Positions 18,217-26,669 of a DNA stretch of 33,900 nucleotides are shown here, one piece after another (positions within the stretch are counted from its first letter, which is position 1; every line of letters begins with the position of its first letter). Below the pieces are notes generated by a model. The model was not told where the DNA came from, did no database searches, and saw nothing but the letters and a program-made list of their open reading frames with translations. The DNA is from a virus (Duplodnaviria > Caudoviricetes), in the IMG/VR virus record IMGVR_UViG_3300035533_000020, positions 1 through 33,900 of that record, one strand, 5' to 3'. The position numbers were made by a program, and so were the translations under genes.

Positions 18217-18270
18217 TTAGAAAAGCTTATTGCGTAAACTGCTGCAAAAGTTTTTTAAAAGGTGGTGCTT

Positions 18271-18687
18271 ATGAGCTGGTTTAAAAACCTCTTCAGCGAT
18301 TCGGTTGGAAGTGTTATAGATAGCGTTGGGAATACTATAGATAAGGTTGTGACTTCCGATGAAGAGAGAGGAAAACTAAAAAATGAACTTGAGACAATCA
18401 GGTCTCAAAAAGAGCTGGAGCTGCAAAGCTTAGCAAATGATTACGAAAAAGAGGTGACTAAAAGATGGGTAAGTGACAATAAAAATGTTGTTGCATCTTT
18501 AGTAAGACCATTGTCAATCGTATATATGCTTGTGATTTTTTCTATTGCGATGCTGTTTGATGGAAATGTTGGAGAGTTTCAAATCAATGAAGCATATCTT
18601 CCTTTGATAGAGACTTTCCTAACAACCATGATCGTTGCTTACTTCGGTAGTAGAGGTATAGAGAAAATAAAAGGGATGACTAAGTAA
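18271..18687 (+). CDS. Holin (3TM gene-transfer-release type)
   Basis: IDK.VTSDEER, RW.SD, VRPL, two TM helices ending YFGSRGIEK. Confidence 0.8.
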   Translation: MSWFKNLFSDSVGSVIDSVGNTIDKVVTSDEERGKLKNELETIRSQKELELQSLANDYEKEVTKRWVSDNKNVVASLVRPLSIVYMLVIFSIAMLFDGNVGEFQINEAYLPLIETFLTTMIVAYFGSRGIEKIKGMTK

Positions 18688-18926
18688 TGGAAACGCTAAT
18701 GACATATATACCTCTTGCAAACTTCTTGCTTGTGTTTTTGATTATACCTACTGTTAAGCTGCTAAATGCTTCGCAAGCAGCAATCAGAAACCAACAAAAA
18801 GAGATTGAAGAGCTTAAAAAGATTGTCTCGCAGCAAGGCGAAGAGCTGAAGCTGCTTAGACTTTTGGTTATGAAGCACTTGCCTCCTGAGGATATCAAGC
18901 AATACATGATGGAGATAACAAAATGA
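18687..18926 (+). CDS. Small TM plus coiled-coil protein (lysis accessory candidate)
   Basis: N-terminal TM then heptad pattern; coupled to the holin by TAATG. Confidence 0.6.
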   Translation: METLMTYIPLANFLLVFLIIPTVKLLNASQAAIRNQQKEIEELKKIVSQQGEELKLLRLLVMKHLPPEDIKQYMMEITK

Positions 18927-19378
18927 ATGCAGAGCTCATGAGAAGACTTGGAAACATTATACAGATAGGAACTATCTCTGAAGTGCAAGAAGAAAAGGCT
19001 CTTGCAAGAGTGACAATACTTGATAGAGTAACTGATTTTTTACCGGTAGTGATGTTTGGTAATACATTCTCAAAACACTTCAAACCTCAAAGAGTTGGAG
19101 AGCAGGTTTTGGTCATAGCTCCCTATGGAGAGACAAATGACGGGTTTATCTTAAGGGGTATTTTTAACCAGGACTGCAAAGAGCCAGTTCTTGCAAACGG
19201 CACGACAGAGGTTTTGGAATACGAAGACGGCACAGTTATTTTGTACGACACTAAAAACAAGCAGCTCTTTGTCAATGCAGTAGGTGATATCACTATTAAA
19301 GCAGGTGGAAATATCACTCTTGATGCCGGTGCTGAGATAATTGCTACCGGTAAGAACTTCAAGTGGACGGCTAAATGA
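18923..19378 (+). CDS. Baseplate spike (P2 gpV / Mu gp45)
   Basis: RRLGNIIQIGTI, P.VGEQVLV..P.GE, YEDG..I.YD. Confidence 0.9.
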   Translation: MNAELMRRLGNIIQIGTISEVQEEKALARVTILDRVTDFLPVVMFGNTFSKHFKPQRVGEQVLVIAPYGETNDGFILRGIFNQDCKEPVLANGTTEVLEYEDGTVILYDTKNKQLFVNAVGDITIKAGGNITLDAGAEIIATGKNFKWTAK

Positions 19379-19656
19379 AACCAATAACAAGAAAAGGTGA
19401 TGCACTAGCAGGACATGGTTGCTGGGGAGATCACAATATAGCCGAGGGTGATCCTACTTTTTTAATCAATGGGATACCGGCTTCTTTTCTTGGTGCAGCT
19501 TCAACGGTTCACTGCTGCGGACCAGCTTGTCACTCTGGAGGAATGGCTGGGCAGAACCATTTTATCCTAAATGGTTTATCTGCTCAAAAGATAGGTGACC
19601 CGGTTGATTGTGGTTCAACTCAAATAGCAGGTGATCCAACCTTTCAAATTGAGTAG
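19375..19656 (+). CDS. PAAR-repeat spike tip protein
   Basis: PITRKGD...GH, INGIPA, HCC...H, GDPVDCGS; follows gpV. Confidence 0.85.
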   Translation: MKPITRKGDALAGHGCWGDHNIAEGDPTFLINGIPASFLGAASTVHCCGPACHSGGMAGQNHFILNGLSAQKIGDPVDCGSTQIAGDPTFQIE

Positions 19657-19665
19657 GAGTTTGTT

Positions 19666-19947
19666 TTGTATCAAATAGGTGTAGCAGAGTCAATTAAGAG
19701 AATTTTAGAGACACCTCTTGGCTCAAGAGTAATGCGTCCTGAATTTGGAAGCAGACTACCTGAGCTTATTGATAAAAGAATGGACGAGGAGTGGAAGCTT
19801 GACTTTATCAGATTTGCTGCTGAGGCAATAGACAAGTGGGAAAAAAGAGTCAAGCTTTCAAGAGTAGAGATATTGAAAGTGGAAAACCATAAGGTTTACT
19901 ACAGATTGTATTTTAAAGATCATGGAGCTATAGATGGTGAATATTAA
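19666..19947 (+). CDS. Baseplate wedge GpW/gp25 family
   Basis: SI.RIL.TPLGSRVMRPEFGS.L, AI.KWE.R. Confidence 0.92.
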   Translation: MYQIGVAESIKRILETPLGSRVMRPEFGSRLPELIDKRMDEEWKLDFIRFAAEAIDKWEKRVKLSRVEILKVENHKVYYRLYFKDHGAIDGEY

Positions 19948-21019
19948 AGCACTACCGCAACCGCAAATCGTTGAGCAGATAGATTATGAGGTGTTGCTTG
20001 GTCAAAACATAGAGCTTGTTAAGAGAAAGTATCCTGCTTGGCAACCTCTTGAGTCTGATGACTGGATGCCTCTTATTGAGAGCTTTACTTACAAAGAGGT
20101 ACTTTTAAGAGCAAGGATAAATGAGTCTATAAAAGCGATGCTTCTTGCTACCTCAAAGGGAAGTAATCTTGATAATCTAGTGGCTGGCTTAGATATAGAG
20201 AGACTTCCAGGAACTAATCCTTATGCAAGCTATGAGTTTGAGTTAAGCCGTGCAGCTGCATCTGATGTGATTATACCTGCAAATATCATTTTAAGCAGTG
20301 AAGACGGGGTGTTTAAAGGGCGTTTAAAAGAGACAATAACAGTGCCTGCAGGAGAGACAAAGATAATCGGAACGGTTGAACTTGATCTTAATATAGAGTA
20401 CTCAGAGGCTAAGACTGAGATTATCACTTCACCTTTGCCTTATGTTCTTAAAGCAAAGAGTCTTGAGCCTTTTAATCATGGAAGCTTGCCTGAGAGTGAT
20501 GATGAGCTTGTAGAGAGATATCTTTTGTCATTGAGAAGATTCTCTACTGCAGGAAGTGTTGGCAGCTACAAGTTTCATGCAATGAGTGCTGATGAGAGAG
20601 TCGATGATGTGAGCGTTGATAGTCCAAGCCCGGGTGTAGTTAATGTCTATCTTGCATCAAGTGACGGAGTTGACCAGGTGATGATTGATAGAGTCTTATC
20701 TGTTTTGAGTCATGAAAAGGTAAGACCGCTTACAGATACGGTTAATGTATCGGCTGCAAATATTATCACTATAAATATCAGTGCTGCTATAACTGTTTTT
20801 GATCTAGCTCAAGCAGCTGCTATTGAAAACTCTATCCGTTCAAACTTTCAAAGAAGATTTAAGATAGATCAAAACTTCACTATGTCTGACATCGTTAAGT
20901 CTTGTCATGTTGAGGGTGTTTATAAAGCTGTTATCAACACTCCAGAGGCTGATGTTGTGACAACCAAAGCAGATGTTATCACTATAAATGAAGTGACACT
21001 GAGCTTCGAGGAGTATTAA
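19934..21019 (+). CDS. Baseplate J protein
   Basis: LP.P.IVE.IDYE, G.NLDNL, ESDDEL, STAGS..SY.FHA, VRPLTD.V.V. Confidence 0.93.
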   Translation: MVNIKALPQPQIVEQIDYEVLLGQNIELVKRKYPAWQPLESDDWMPLIESFTYKEVLLRARINESIKAMLLATSKGSNLDNLVAGLDIERLPGTNPYASYEFELSRAAASDVIIPANIILSSEDGVFKGRLKETITVPAGETKIIGTVELDLNIEYSEAKTEIITSPLPYVLKAKSLEPFNHGSLPESDDELVERYLLSLRRFSTAGSVGSYKFHAMSADERVDDVSVDSPSPGVVNVYLASSDGVDQVMIDRVLSVLSHEKVRPLTDTVNVSAANIITINISAAITVFDLAQAAAIENSIRSNFQRRFKIDQNFTMSDIVKSCHVEGVYKAVINTPEADVVTTKADVITINEVTLSFEEY

Positions 21020-21020
21020 G

Positions 21021-21758
21021 ATGAGTTTGCTTCCTGGTAACGAGTCAGAGCATTTAAAAGTCTTTGATGACATCTTTGAAAAATCAACCACTGCGGATGT
21101 AAGCGGAATAACAATCCTGCCACAAGATGCAAGAGCAGAGATACTTCCATACCTTGCACACATGTTTGATGTTGATATCTCAGGTCTTAGCCCCAGCGAA
21201 CAAAGATCACTTATTCAAAATGCTATTGAGATACATAGATACGAGGGTACTTTATACGCCGTTAAGAAAGCTTTGTTGTCTGTTTTTTCTCAAGCTGAAA
21301 TAATTGAGTGGTTTGATGTCGGAGGTGATCCTTATACTTTTGATGCAAAGGTAACGATAGGGACATCTCTTGACCAGATTTTTGATGCTAAGAAGTTTGA
21401 GAAGTGCAGAGAGCTTATCAATATGGCTAAAAATGAGCGTTCTCACTTTTTGAGTTTTTATGTTGAGCTTCCTAAAAGTAAAGGTCTTATCGGATGTGAT
21501 ACTGCTATGAACTGGAAGACTGAGACAAAGGGAGGTACGGCTTTAAGTAAAAAAAGCGACTGTCAAATCGGCTTCCAAAGTGGAGCTGCTTTTATAGACG
21601 GCTCACAAAAGAGCTGCTCTTTGTCAAAGAGTAGTTTATGCGACCTACAGTTGAGAAGTGGCAGCACTCACCGCTTCGATGCGAAAGCAAGCTGTAGTAT
21701 CGCTAGAGAGAGTGCTTTACAAATCAACACGATAGGAGGAATTACATGGCGAATTTAA
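21021..21758 (+). CDS. Tail protein I (P2 gpI family)
   Basis: SLLP.N, LPYLA..F.VD, HRYEGT..AVK.AL, EWF..GG.PYTF, KNERSH. Confidence 0.88.
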   Translation: MSLLPGNESEHLKVFDDIFEKSTTADVSGITILPQDARAEILPYLAHMFDVDISGLSPSEQRSLIQNAIEIHRYEGTLYAVKKALLSVFSQAEIIEWFDVGGDPYTFDAKVTIGTSLDQIFDAKKFEKCRELINMAKNERSHFLSFYVELPKSKGLIGCDTAMNWKTETKGGTALSKKSDCQIGFQSGAAFIDGSQKSCSLSKSSLCDLQLRSGSTHRFDAKASCSIARESALQINTIGGITWRI

Positions 21759-22300
21759 CCGCCGTCCCTACACAGCAAGGGATAGGCATATTAAACACGG
21801 AGCTTAGAAACAGTGTTACTAAGTTTGTTCTTATAGGTGCGACAAACTATACAGATGCAAACCTTGACACTCTTCTTGGCGATACGGAGGTAATAACATA
21901 CGCTGATATTCAGGGGCATGTTTTTTATCACGGCACTGTAGAGAGTGCATATTTTGATGATGACGGAGTGCTTACTTTTGAGCTGCTTCTACCTCTTGAG
22001 GATGATCTTCAAAAATACACTTATGCAGTTGGGCTTGTAAGTGAGAGCAATGAGCTTGTGAGTATCACTCCAACTCCAAAGATAGTTTTAATCTCTGGTG
22101 TGGGTGGTACTTTTGTTGTAAAAGTATCTGTCAAAGGTAGCCCTGGAGAGATAGTTTTTAAAAACAGTGAGTATGTGACTCCAGCTGAGTTGCAGAACCA
22201 CAAAGAGAATGTTTTAAGACCGGTCGTTGCAAACGCAACCAACTATTTTGATCTAACAGACAAACTTATAGAAAAAGGAGTAATTGATGTTAACAACTGA
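21746..22300 (+). CDS. Tail fibre N-terminal / collar-like adaptor protein
   Basis: Follows gpI; PTQQG start and VGL.....L.....P.I pattern of fibre baseplate-attachment domains. Confidence 0.55.
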   Translation: MANLTAVPTQQGIGILNTELRNSVTKFVLIGATNYTDANLDTLLGDTEVITYADIQGHVFYHGTVESAYFDDDGVLTFELLLPLEDDLQKYTYAVGLVSESNELVSITPTPKIVLISGVGGTFVVKVSVKGSPGEIVFKNSEYVTPAELQNHKENVLRPVVANATNYFDLTDKLIEKGVIDVNN

Positions 22301-23951
22301 AGAGCTTAATATAGCTATAGAGGAGCTTCTTGTTAAGGCAAGAAGTGTTTTTGATAAGTACGATGGAGCTTTTGCTGCTATTGGTGCTCAAAAAGACGGT
22401 GCGGTGAGTGAGTTAAATACATTGCACACGCAGTTGATGGATGACTTGCAAGCTTTGGCAAACGGTGTCGGTCTTGAACATGAGTGGGACGGTACATCTG
22501 TAAGGTTTAAACAAAATGATGGAGCTTGGGGAAGCTGGGTAAATCTTCAAGCACCTTCAAGTTTTGATTATGAAGCTAAAGGCATACCTACAGAGACGAT
22601 AAACCCTATAAGTGCTGATGCAAAATGGCTTGACTTAAGAACTGCAGAGATATTTGTTTGTACGGACAATACTACGGACAAGAACGCTTGGGTTGGAAGC
22701 AATGGGACTATCATTGGAACAATTAAGCCACCTGAAGCTGGACAAGCAGGCTTCCCTAACGGTGTTGCACCTAGTTTCTTGGTTGAGATGTATGGACTGT
22801 CTCCTCTTGAGGGCTTCACAGACCCAACACATGAAAACTACGGTAATTATAAAGATGCTAGCGGTTCTATAATGGTTTATAGACCTAAAAGATATGTAAA
22901 AAAATCACATGATGTTAATGAGCCATATTTTGGTACAAGAATAGATGTCAGCGATACGCAACAAGTGGGTTATAGCTTGCCTAGATGTTTCATTAATAAT
23001 GGAGTTGAGATACCAGGTGTTTTTGTTGATAAGTTCCATCTTGGTAAAGAGGGGGCAGTTGGAGTCTCAAAAAGAAATCTTGACCCGGTAAGCACAAATA
23101 CTGCACACAATCCTATTAGTGCTCTAACTGCAAACTCTCAAGCACCAGCAAATCGGTATGATGGCATGTATGCTGCTGTTAAGACAAGAGGTGATGATTA
23201 TTCTCTTGAATCAATATTTTTGTTTACATTTATGGCAGATATGGCTGATGCACACTACCAAGCGTGTTTTAGAGCTGGAGATTTTTCAAGTTGTGCATGG
23301 GCTGATGTTGCACCGTACCAACCAAAAGGTTGTAACAACGATGCACTTGCAGACAATGATGATGCATCTGTTACATACACTGGCTCTGGGTATAGCAACT
23401 GTGGATTAACAGGTGGAGTACCTGATGCTGTGTTTGCAAAGATATGCGATAACGGTCAAAAGTGTGGTGTGGCTGACCTTAACGGTAACATGTGGGAGGT
23501 TGTGGCTGGATATATTACTGATGCTTCAGGAAACTACTTTGTACTTAAAGAGAGTGTGGATATCAAGAGCTTAACTGCAAGTGCCGCTTATGATACTGCG
23601 AACTATGATGCGATCACTATTCCGCTTACACTTGATAACACGCAAGTAGCCTTTGGAAATGGAACAAATCAGTTCTTTAGCGGTAGCACGGATAGAAACT
23701 CTGATGCATACAAGCTTGATAATATTGGTCTGCCTATGGCTGATACCGCAGTGAGCTCGGCTGGTACTGCCAGATATGGTCAGGATGGTTTTTGGAGATA
23801 TCAGACTGCATCAATGTGTCCGATTGCCGGCGGTTATTGGGACAACGCTGCTCTTTCCGGTGTTCGCGCTCGGAATTTGAACGGCACTCGCGCGTATTCG
23901 AGCGCGGGTGTGGGTGGGCGTGCCTGCCTGATTCCTTCAGTAGCAGGGTGA
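22287..23951 (+). CDS. DGR target: tail receptor-binding protein with C-terminal C-type-lectin (FGE-like, Mtd-like) fold
   Basis: GVFVDKF, GVADLNGNMWE, GGYW...GVR......GGR motifs; the 3' end is the VR; occupies the tail-fibre position; ATG 22287 best spaced from AAGGAG. Confidence 0.9.
   Translation: MLTTEELNIAIEELLVKARSVFDKYDGAFAAIGAQKDGAVSELNTLHTQLMDDLQALANGVGLEHEWDGTSVRFKQNDGAWGSWVNLQAPSSFDYEAKGIPTETINPISADAKWLDLRTAEIFVCTDNTTDKNAWVGSNGTIIGTIKPPEAGQAGFPNGVAPSFLVEMYGLSPLEGFTDPTHENYGNYKDASGSIMVYRPKRYVKKSHDVNEPYFGTRIDVSDTQQVGYSLPRCFINNGVEIPGVFVDKFHLGKEGAVGVSKRNLDPVSTNTAHNPISALTANSQAPANRYDGMYAAVKTRGDDYSLESIFLFTFMADMADAHYQACFRAGDFSSCAWADVAPYQPKGCNNDALADNDDASVTYTGSGYSNCGLTGGVPDAVFAKICDNGQKCGVADLNGNMWEVVAGYITDASGNYFVLKESVDIKSLTASAAYDTANYDAITIPLTLDNTQVAFGNGTNQFFSGSTDRNSDAYKLDNIGLPMADTAVSSAGTARYGQDGFWRYQTASMCPIAGGYWDNAALSGVRARNLNGTRAYSSAGVGGRACLIPSVAG
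23815..23926 (+). repeat. DGR variable repeat (VR)
   Basis: 112-nt ungapped match to 24416-24527 with 12 mismatches, all opposite TR adenines. Confidence 0.97.
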
Positions 23952-23960
23952 TAACCCTGC
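23943..23960 (+). promoter_or_regulatory. DGR target-recognition hairpin/cruciform downstream of VR/IMH
   Basis: GCAGGGT-GATA-ACCCTGC: 7-bp perfect stem, 4-nt GRNA-type loop. Confidence 0.85.
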
Positions 23961-23986
23961 GATAAATAAGGAATAAAAGGGAAAGT

Positions 23987-24388
23987 ATGACAATTAGTGC
24001 TGAGACAACTTTTGTAAGAAAGTATATAGACTTTTTGAAGCAGCTTAACATGTACCTCAATCACTTCCCAAGACATGAGAAGTATGCTCTTGCTCAAGCA
24101 ATTAGACAAGATGCGTACCGTGTCTTTGACTTGATGGTTGAAGGTCAAAAGAAGTACTACAAAAAGACAAGTTTGACTGAGCTAGATATCACTTTTGAGC
24201 AGCTCAAGTCTAAGCTTTTATTGGCGTACCATCTTGGATATTTTCAGTTCAAGGATGGGAAAACAGATAGCAAAAACCCTACCACGATGAGTGAGAAAAG
24301 GTTTGCCGTTCTCTCAAGAATGGCTGATGAGCTCGGTCGCATGATTGGCGGCTGGATAAAGAAAGTCAAAGAAGATAAGAAATGGTAG
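23987..24388 (+). CDS. avd: DGR accessory variability determinant (Avd, four-helix bundle)
   Basis: FPRHEKYALAQAIR, KKTSL.ELD, ELGRMIGGWIK; between VR and TR. Confidence 0.95.
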   Translation: MTISAETTFVRKYIDFLKQLNMYLNHFPRHEKYALAQAIRQDAYRVFDLMVEGQKKYYKKTSLTELDITFEQLKSKLLLAYHLGYFQFKDGKTDSKNPTTMSEKRFAVLSRMADELGRMIGGWIKKVKEDKKW

Positions 24389-24415
24389 TACTATCAGGCA
24401 TCATACGATCATGTC

Positions 24416-24527
24416 TGTGTCCGATTGCCGGCGGTAATTGGAACAACGCTGCTCTTTCCGGTGTTCGCACTCGGAATTTGAACAACACTCGCACGAATTC
24501 GAACACGAATGTGGGTGGGCGTGACTG
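24416..24527 (+). ncRNA. DGR template repeat (TR), part of the DGR RNA
   Basis: AAY-rich copy of VR between avd and RT; 24 adenines, none at wobble positions. Confidence 0.95.
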
Positions 24528-24654
24528 TGACTTTACTTCCTCGCAGCTTAACAGCTTGTGGAGTGACAGGGATATGGTGTCTGGCTTTTTAGCGAAATAT
24601 TTTAAAACCTCGATTGTGGTAGGCGATAAAGCCGAAGCTCTAAAGGAACTGTGT

Positions 24655-25650
24655 TTGAAGCGGCGTGGAAATTTATATGAAGAGATCATAAGTAGTGAAA
24701 ATATGTTTCAGGCTTTTAAAGATGTAAAAAGCAGCAAGAGAAACAATAAGACCGTTTATGAGTTTGAGTTGAATTTTGGCAGAGAGATGGGTAACTTGCT
24801 CCTGGAGCTACAAAAAGGAACCTATAAGCCAAAGCCGTACAATAAGTTTTATGTGTATGAGCCTAAAAAGCGTGTTATATACGCTCCGGCTTTTAGAGAT
24901 ACAGTTGTGCAGCATGCTCTTTATAGGGTTGTATATCCTATATTTGAAAGAACATTTATCACTCAATCTCATGGTTGCAGGAGAGATCATGGTTGTCATA
25001 GTGCAAGCGATTATCTCTTAAAAAAGATGAGAGCTTGTGACGGTGAGGAGTACTTCCTCCAGCTAGACATAAAGAAGTATTTTTACTCTTTTGATAGATC
25101 AGTCTTAAGAAAGCTTCTTGAGAGAAAGATCAAAGACAAAAGAGTGGTTGATCTTCTTATGATGTTTGCAGATTTTGAGGGAGACAGAGGCGTTCCTATA
25201 GGAAACCTTTTGTCTCAACTCTACGGTCTTATATATCTTAATCCGCTTGACCACTATGTGAAGCGAACCCTCAAGGTTAAGAACTATGTGAGATATGTTG
25301 ATGATTTTGTGCTGATTGGTCTGAGCCAGAGCCAAGCAAATTTGTATCTTGAGCAGATTAAACTCTTTTTGAAAAATGAACTTGGGCTTGAGCTTTCAAA
25401 GGCGACCAGGGCAAAGATCAAAAAGGGAATAAACTTTGTCGGGTATCGAACCTGGCAGAGTCATCGGCTTGTTAGAAAGTATGCGGTTCATAAGTTTAGA
25501 AGAGCTTGTGTGAGAGGAAAGGTTGAGTCTGTGGTGAGCATGATCGGTCATGCAAAAGATACGCAGACTATACCTCACTACAAACAGATTTTAAAGGAGT
25601 TTGGTATGACTGAAAAATTACCTAAAAAACTACAAAGGAGTATGGTATGA
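24655..25650 (+). CDS. DGR reverse transcriptase (331 aa from TTG 24655)
   Basis: KRVIYAPAFRDTVVQHA, LDIKKYF, GVPIGNLLSQ (DGR-type SQ), YVRYVDDF, INFVGY; AAGGA RBS at 24643-24647 and MKRRGNLYE start; frame is open from 24382. Confidence 0.96.
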   Translation: MKRRGNLYEEIISSENMFQAFKDVKSSKRNNKTVYEFELNFGREMGNLLLELQKGTYKPKPYNKFYVYEPKKRVIYAPAFRDTVVQHALYRVVYPIFERTFITQSHGCRRDHGCHSASDYLLKKMRACDGEEYFLQLDIKKYFYSFDRSVLRKLLERKIKDKRVVDLLMMFADFEGDRGVPIGNLLSQLYGLIYLNPLDHYVKRTLKVKNYVRYVDDFVLIGLSQSQANLYLEQIKLFLKNELGLELSKATRAKIKKGINFVGYRTWQSHRLVRKYAVHKFRRACVRGKVESVVSMIGHAKDTQTIPHYKQILKEFGMTEKLPKKLQRSMV

Positions 25651-26204
25651 GCAAGAGATACTATAGGTTCAACGACCTAAAAACAGATGATGCGGTTCTT
25701 AGCCTTGTCTTTCACAATATAGACAATGAAAAGATAAAAGTTTACAAAACTGATGATGAAAAGGTGTGCTCTATCGATGCAGATACTGCAGAACATGACA
25801 CTTGGCTTGCAGCTCAGCTTGTAGATATGAACGAGATTACTTTTGATGAGTTCTTTGTTTTAAGAGCACAGAGTAAAGCTTGGCAGCTTGAGTGGCAGTT
25901 CACAAAAGAGCTGAGACAAAAAGAGCTTGATGATGCGGCGGTCGCAGTCAATACGATTGAGTACGATGCGAACGAGAGTGCGATGAATAGAGTTGATAGG
26001 ATTTTGACTCTTGCAGGCTGGAAATTTAATCAGGCTTTGGCTGCTGGAGCAACTGCTGCGGAAGCTTATGAGTCGGTTTACAAGATAACGGTGCCTTGGA
26101 AAGGCAGAGACAACGAGTTCCATGATGTGCAGATTGAGAGCTTAGCAAAAGCTCAAGAAGCTGCAATAAACAACATGAGAGTTGTTTGGGAGAAGTACGA
26201 ATGA
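25647..26204 (+). CDS. Tail fibre-associated/assembly protein (DUF4376-like C-terminus)
   Basis: R..ELD...V......YDANE.AM.R and W...DN motifs; ATGA-coupled to RT. Confidence 0.6.
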   Translation: MSKRYYRFNDLKTDDAVLSLVFHNIDNEKIKVYKTDDEKVCSIDADTAEHDTWLAAQLVDMNEITFDEFFVLRAQSKAWQLEWQFTKELRQKELDDAAVAVNTIEYDANESAMNRVDRILTLAGWKFNQALAAGATAAEAYESVYKITVPWKGRDNEFHDVQIESLAKAQEAAINNMRVVWEKYE

Positions 26205-26668
26205 TAGTCGCATTTTACAAGGTTGACCATAGCGGTGCGACACTTGTTGATAAAGCTATCGCATGGTGGACTAGCGGTTTTAAAGCTAAGTTTAACGGTG
26301 AGTGGAAAAAGAGCTACTCTCATACTGAGATTGTTTTTTCAGATGGGGTTATGATCTCATGCTCTCCAAGAGAGGGAGAGGTTAGAGCCAAAAAACACAC
26401 TGAGAATAAAGCTCACTGGGATTACTTGGATTTAAGCGGTCTTGATGAAGAGACGGCTCGTGCTTTTGCTGACACTCAAGTCGGTAAAAAGTATGACTGG
26501 CTTGGAGTTGCTGGTTTTGTGATAGGTGTAAGAGAAAACGAAAAAAGATGGTTTTGCTCGGAGCTTAGCACTAGAGTACTTCAAATAGGTGGGTGCATCA
26601 AGCTTGGAGATATCACTCCAGCTAGAGTAAGCCCTAATAGACTCTATAAACTTTTAAAAAGGAGATAA
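26201..26668 (+). CDS. Permuted papain-like (NlpC/P60, YiiX-like) enzyme
   Basis: YSHTEI ... GKKYDW.G ... WFCSEL ... SPN.L, His before Cys; ATG 26201 coupled by ATGA. Confidence 0.7.
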   Translation: MIVAFYKVDHSGATLVDKAIAWWTSGFKAKFNGEWKKSYSHTEIVFSDGVMISCSPREGEVRAKKHTENKAHWDYLDLSGLDEETARAFADTQVGKKYDWLGVAGFVIGVRENEKRWFCSELSTRVLQIGGCIKLGDITPARVSPNRLYKLLKRR

Positions 26669-26669
26669 C

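Noticed and set aside
23734-24689. Minus-strand ORFs across VR, avd and TR (23734-24060, 23834-24148, 24366-24689)
   Set aside because: Shadow frames favoured by the GC-rich repeats; no RBS or recognisable motifs.
24382-25650. RT as a group II intron, retron or Abi RT
   Set aside because: No maturase/endonuclease extension, DGR-type SQ motif, and adjacent avd plus an adenine-specific TR/VR pair.
21746-26204. Gin/Cin-type invertible tail-fibre segment
   Set aside because: No serine invertase ORF, no inverted fibre copy and no flanking inverted crossover sites seen.
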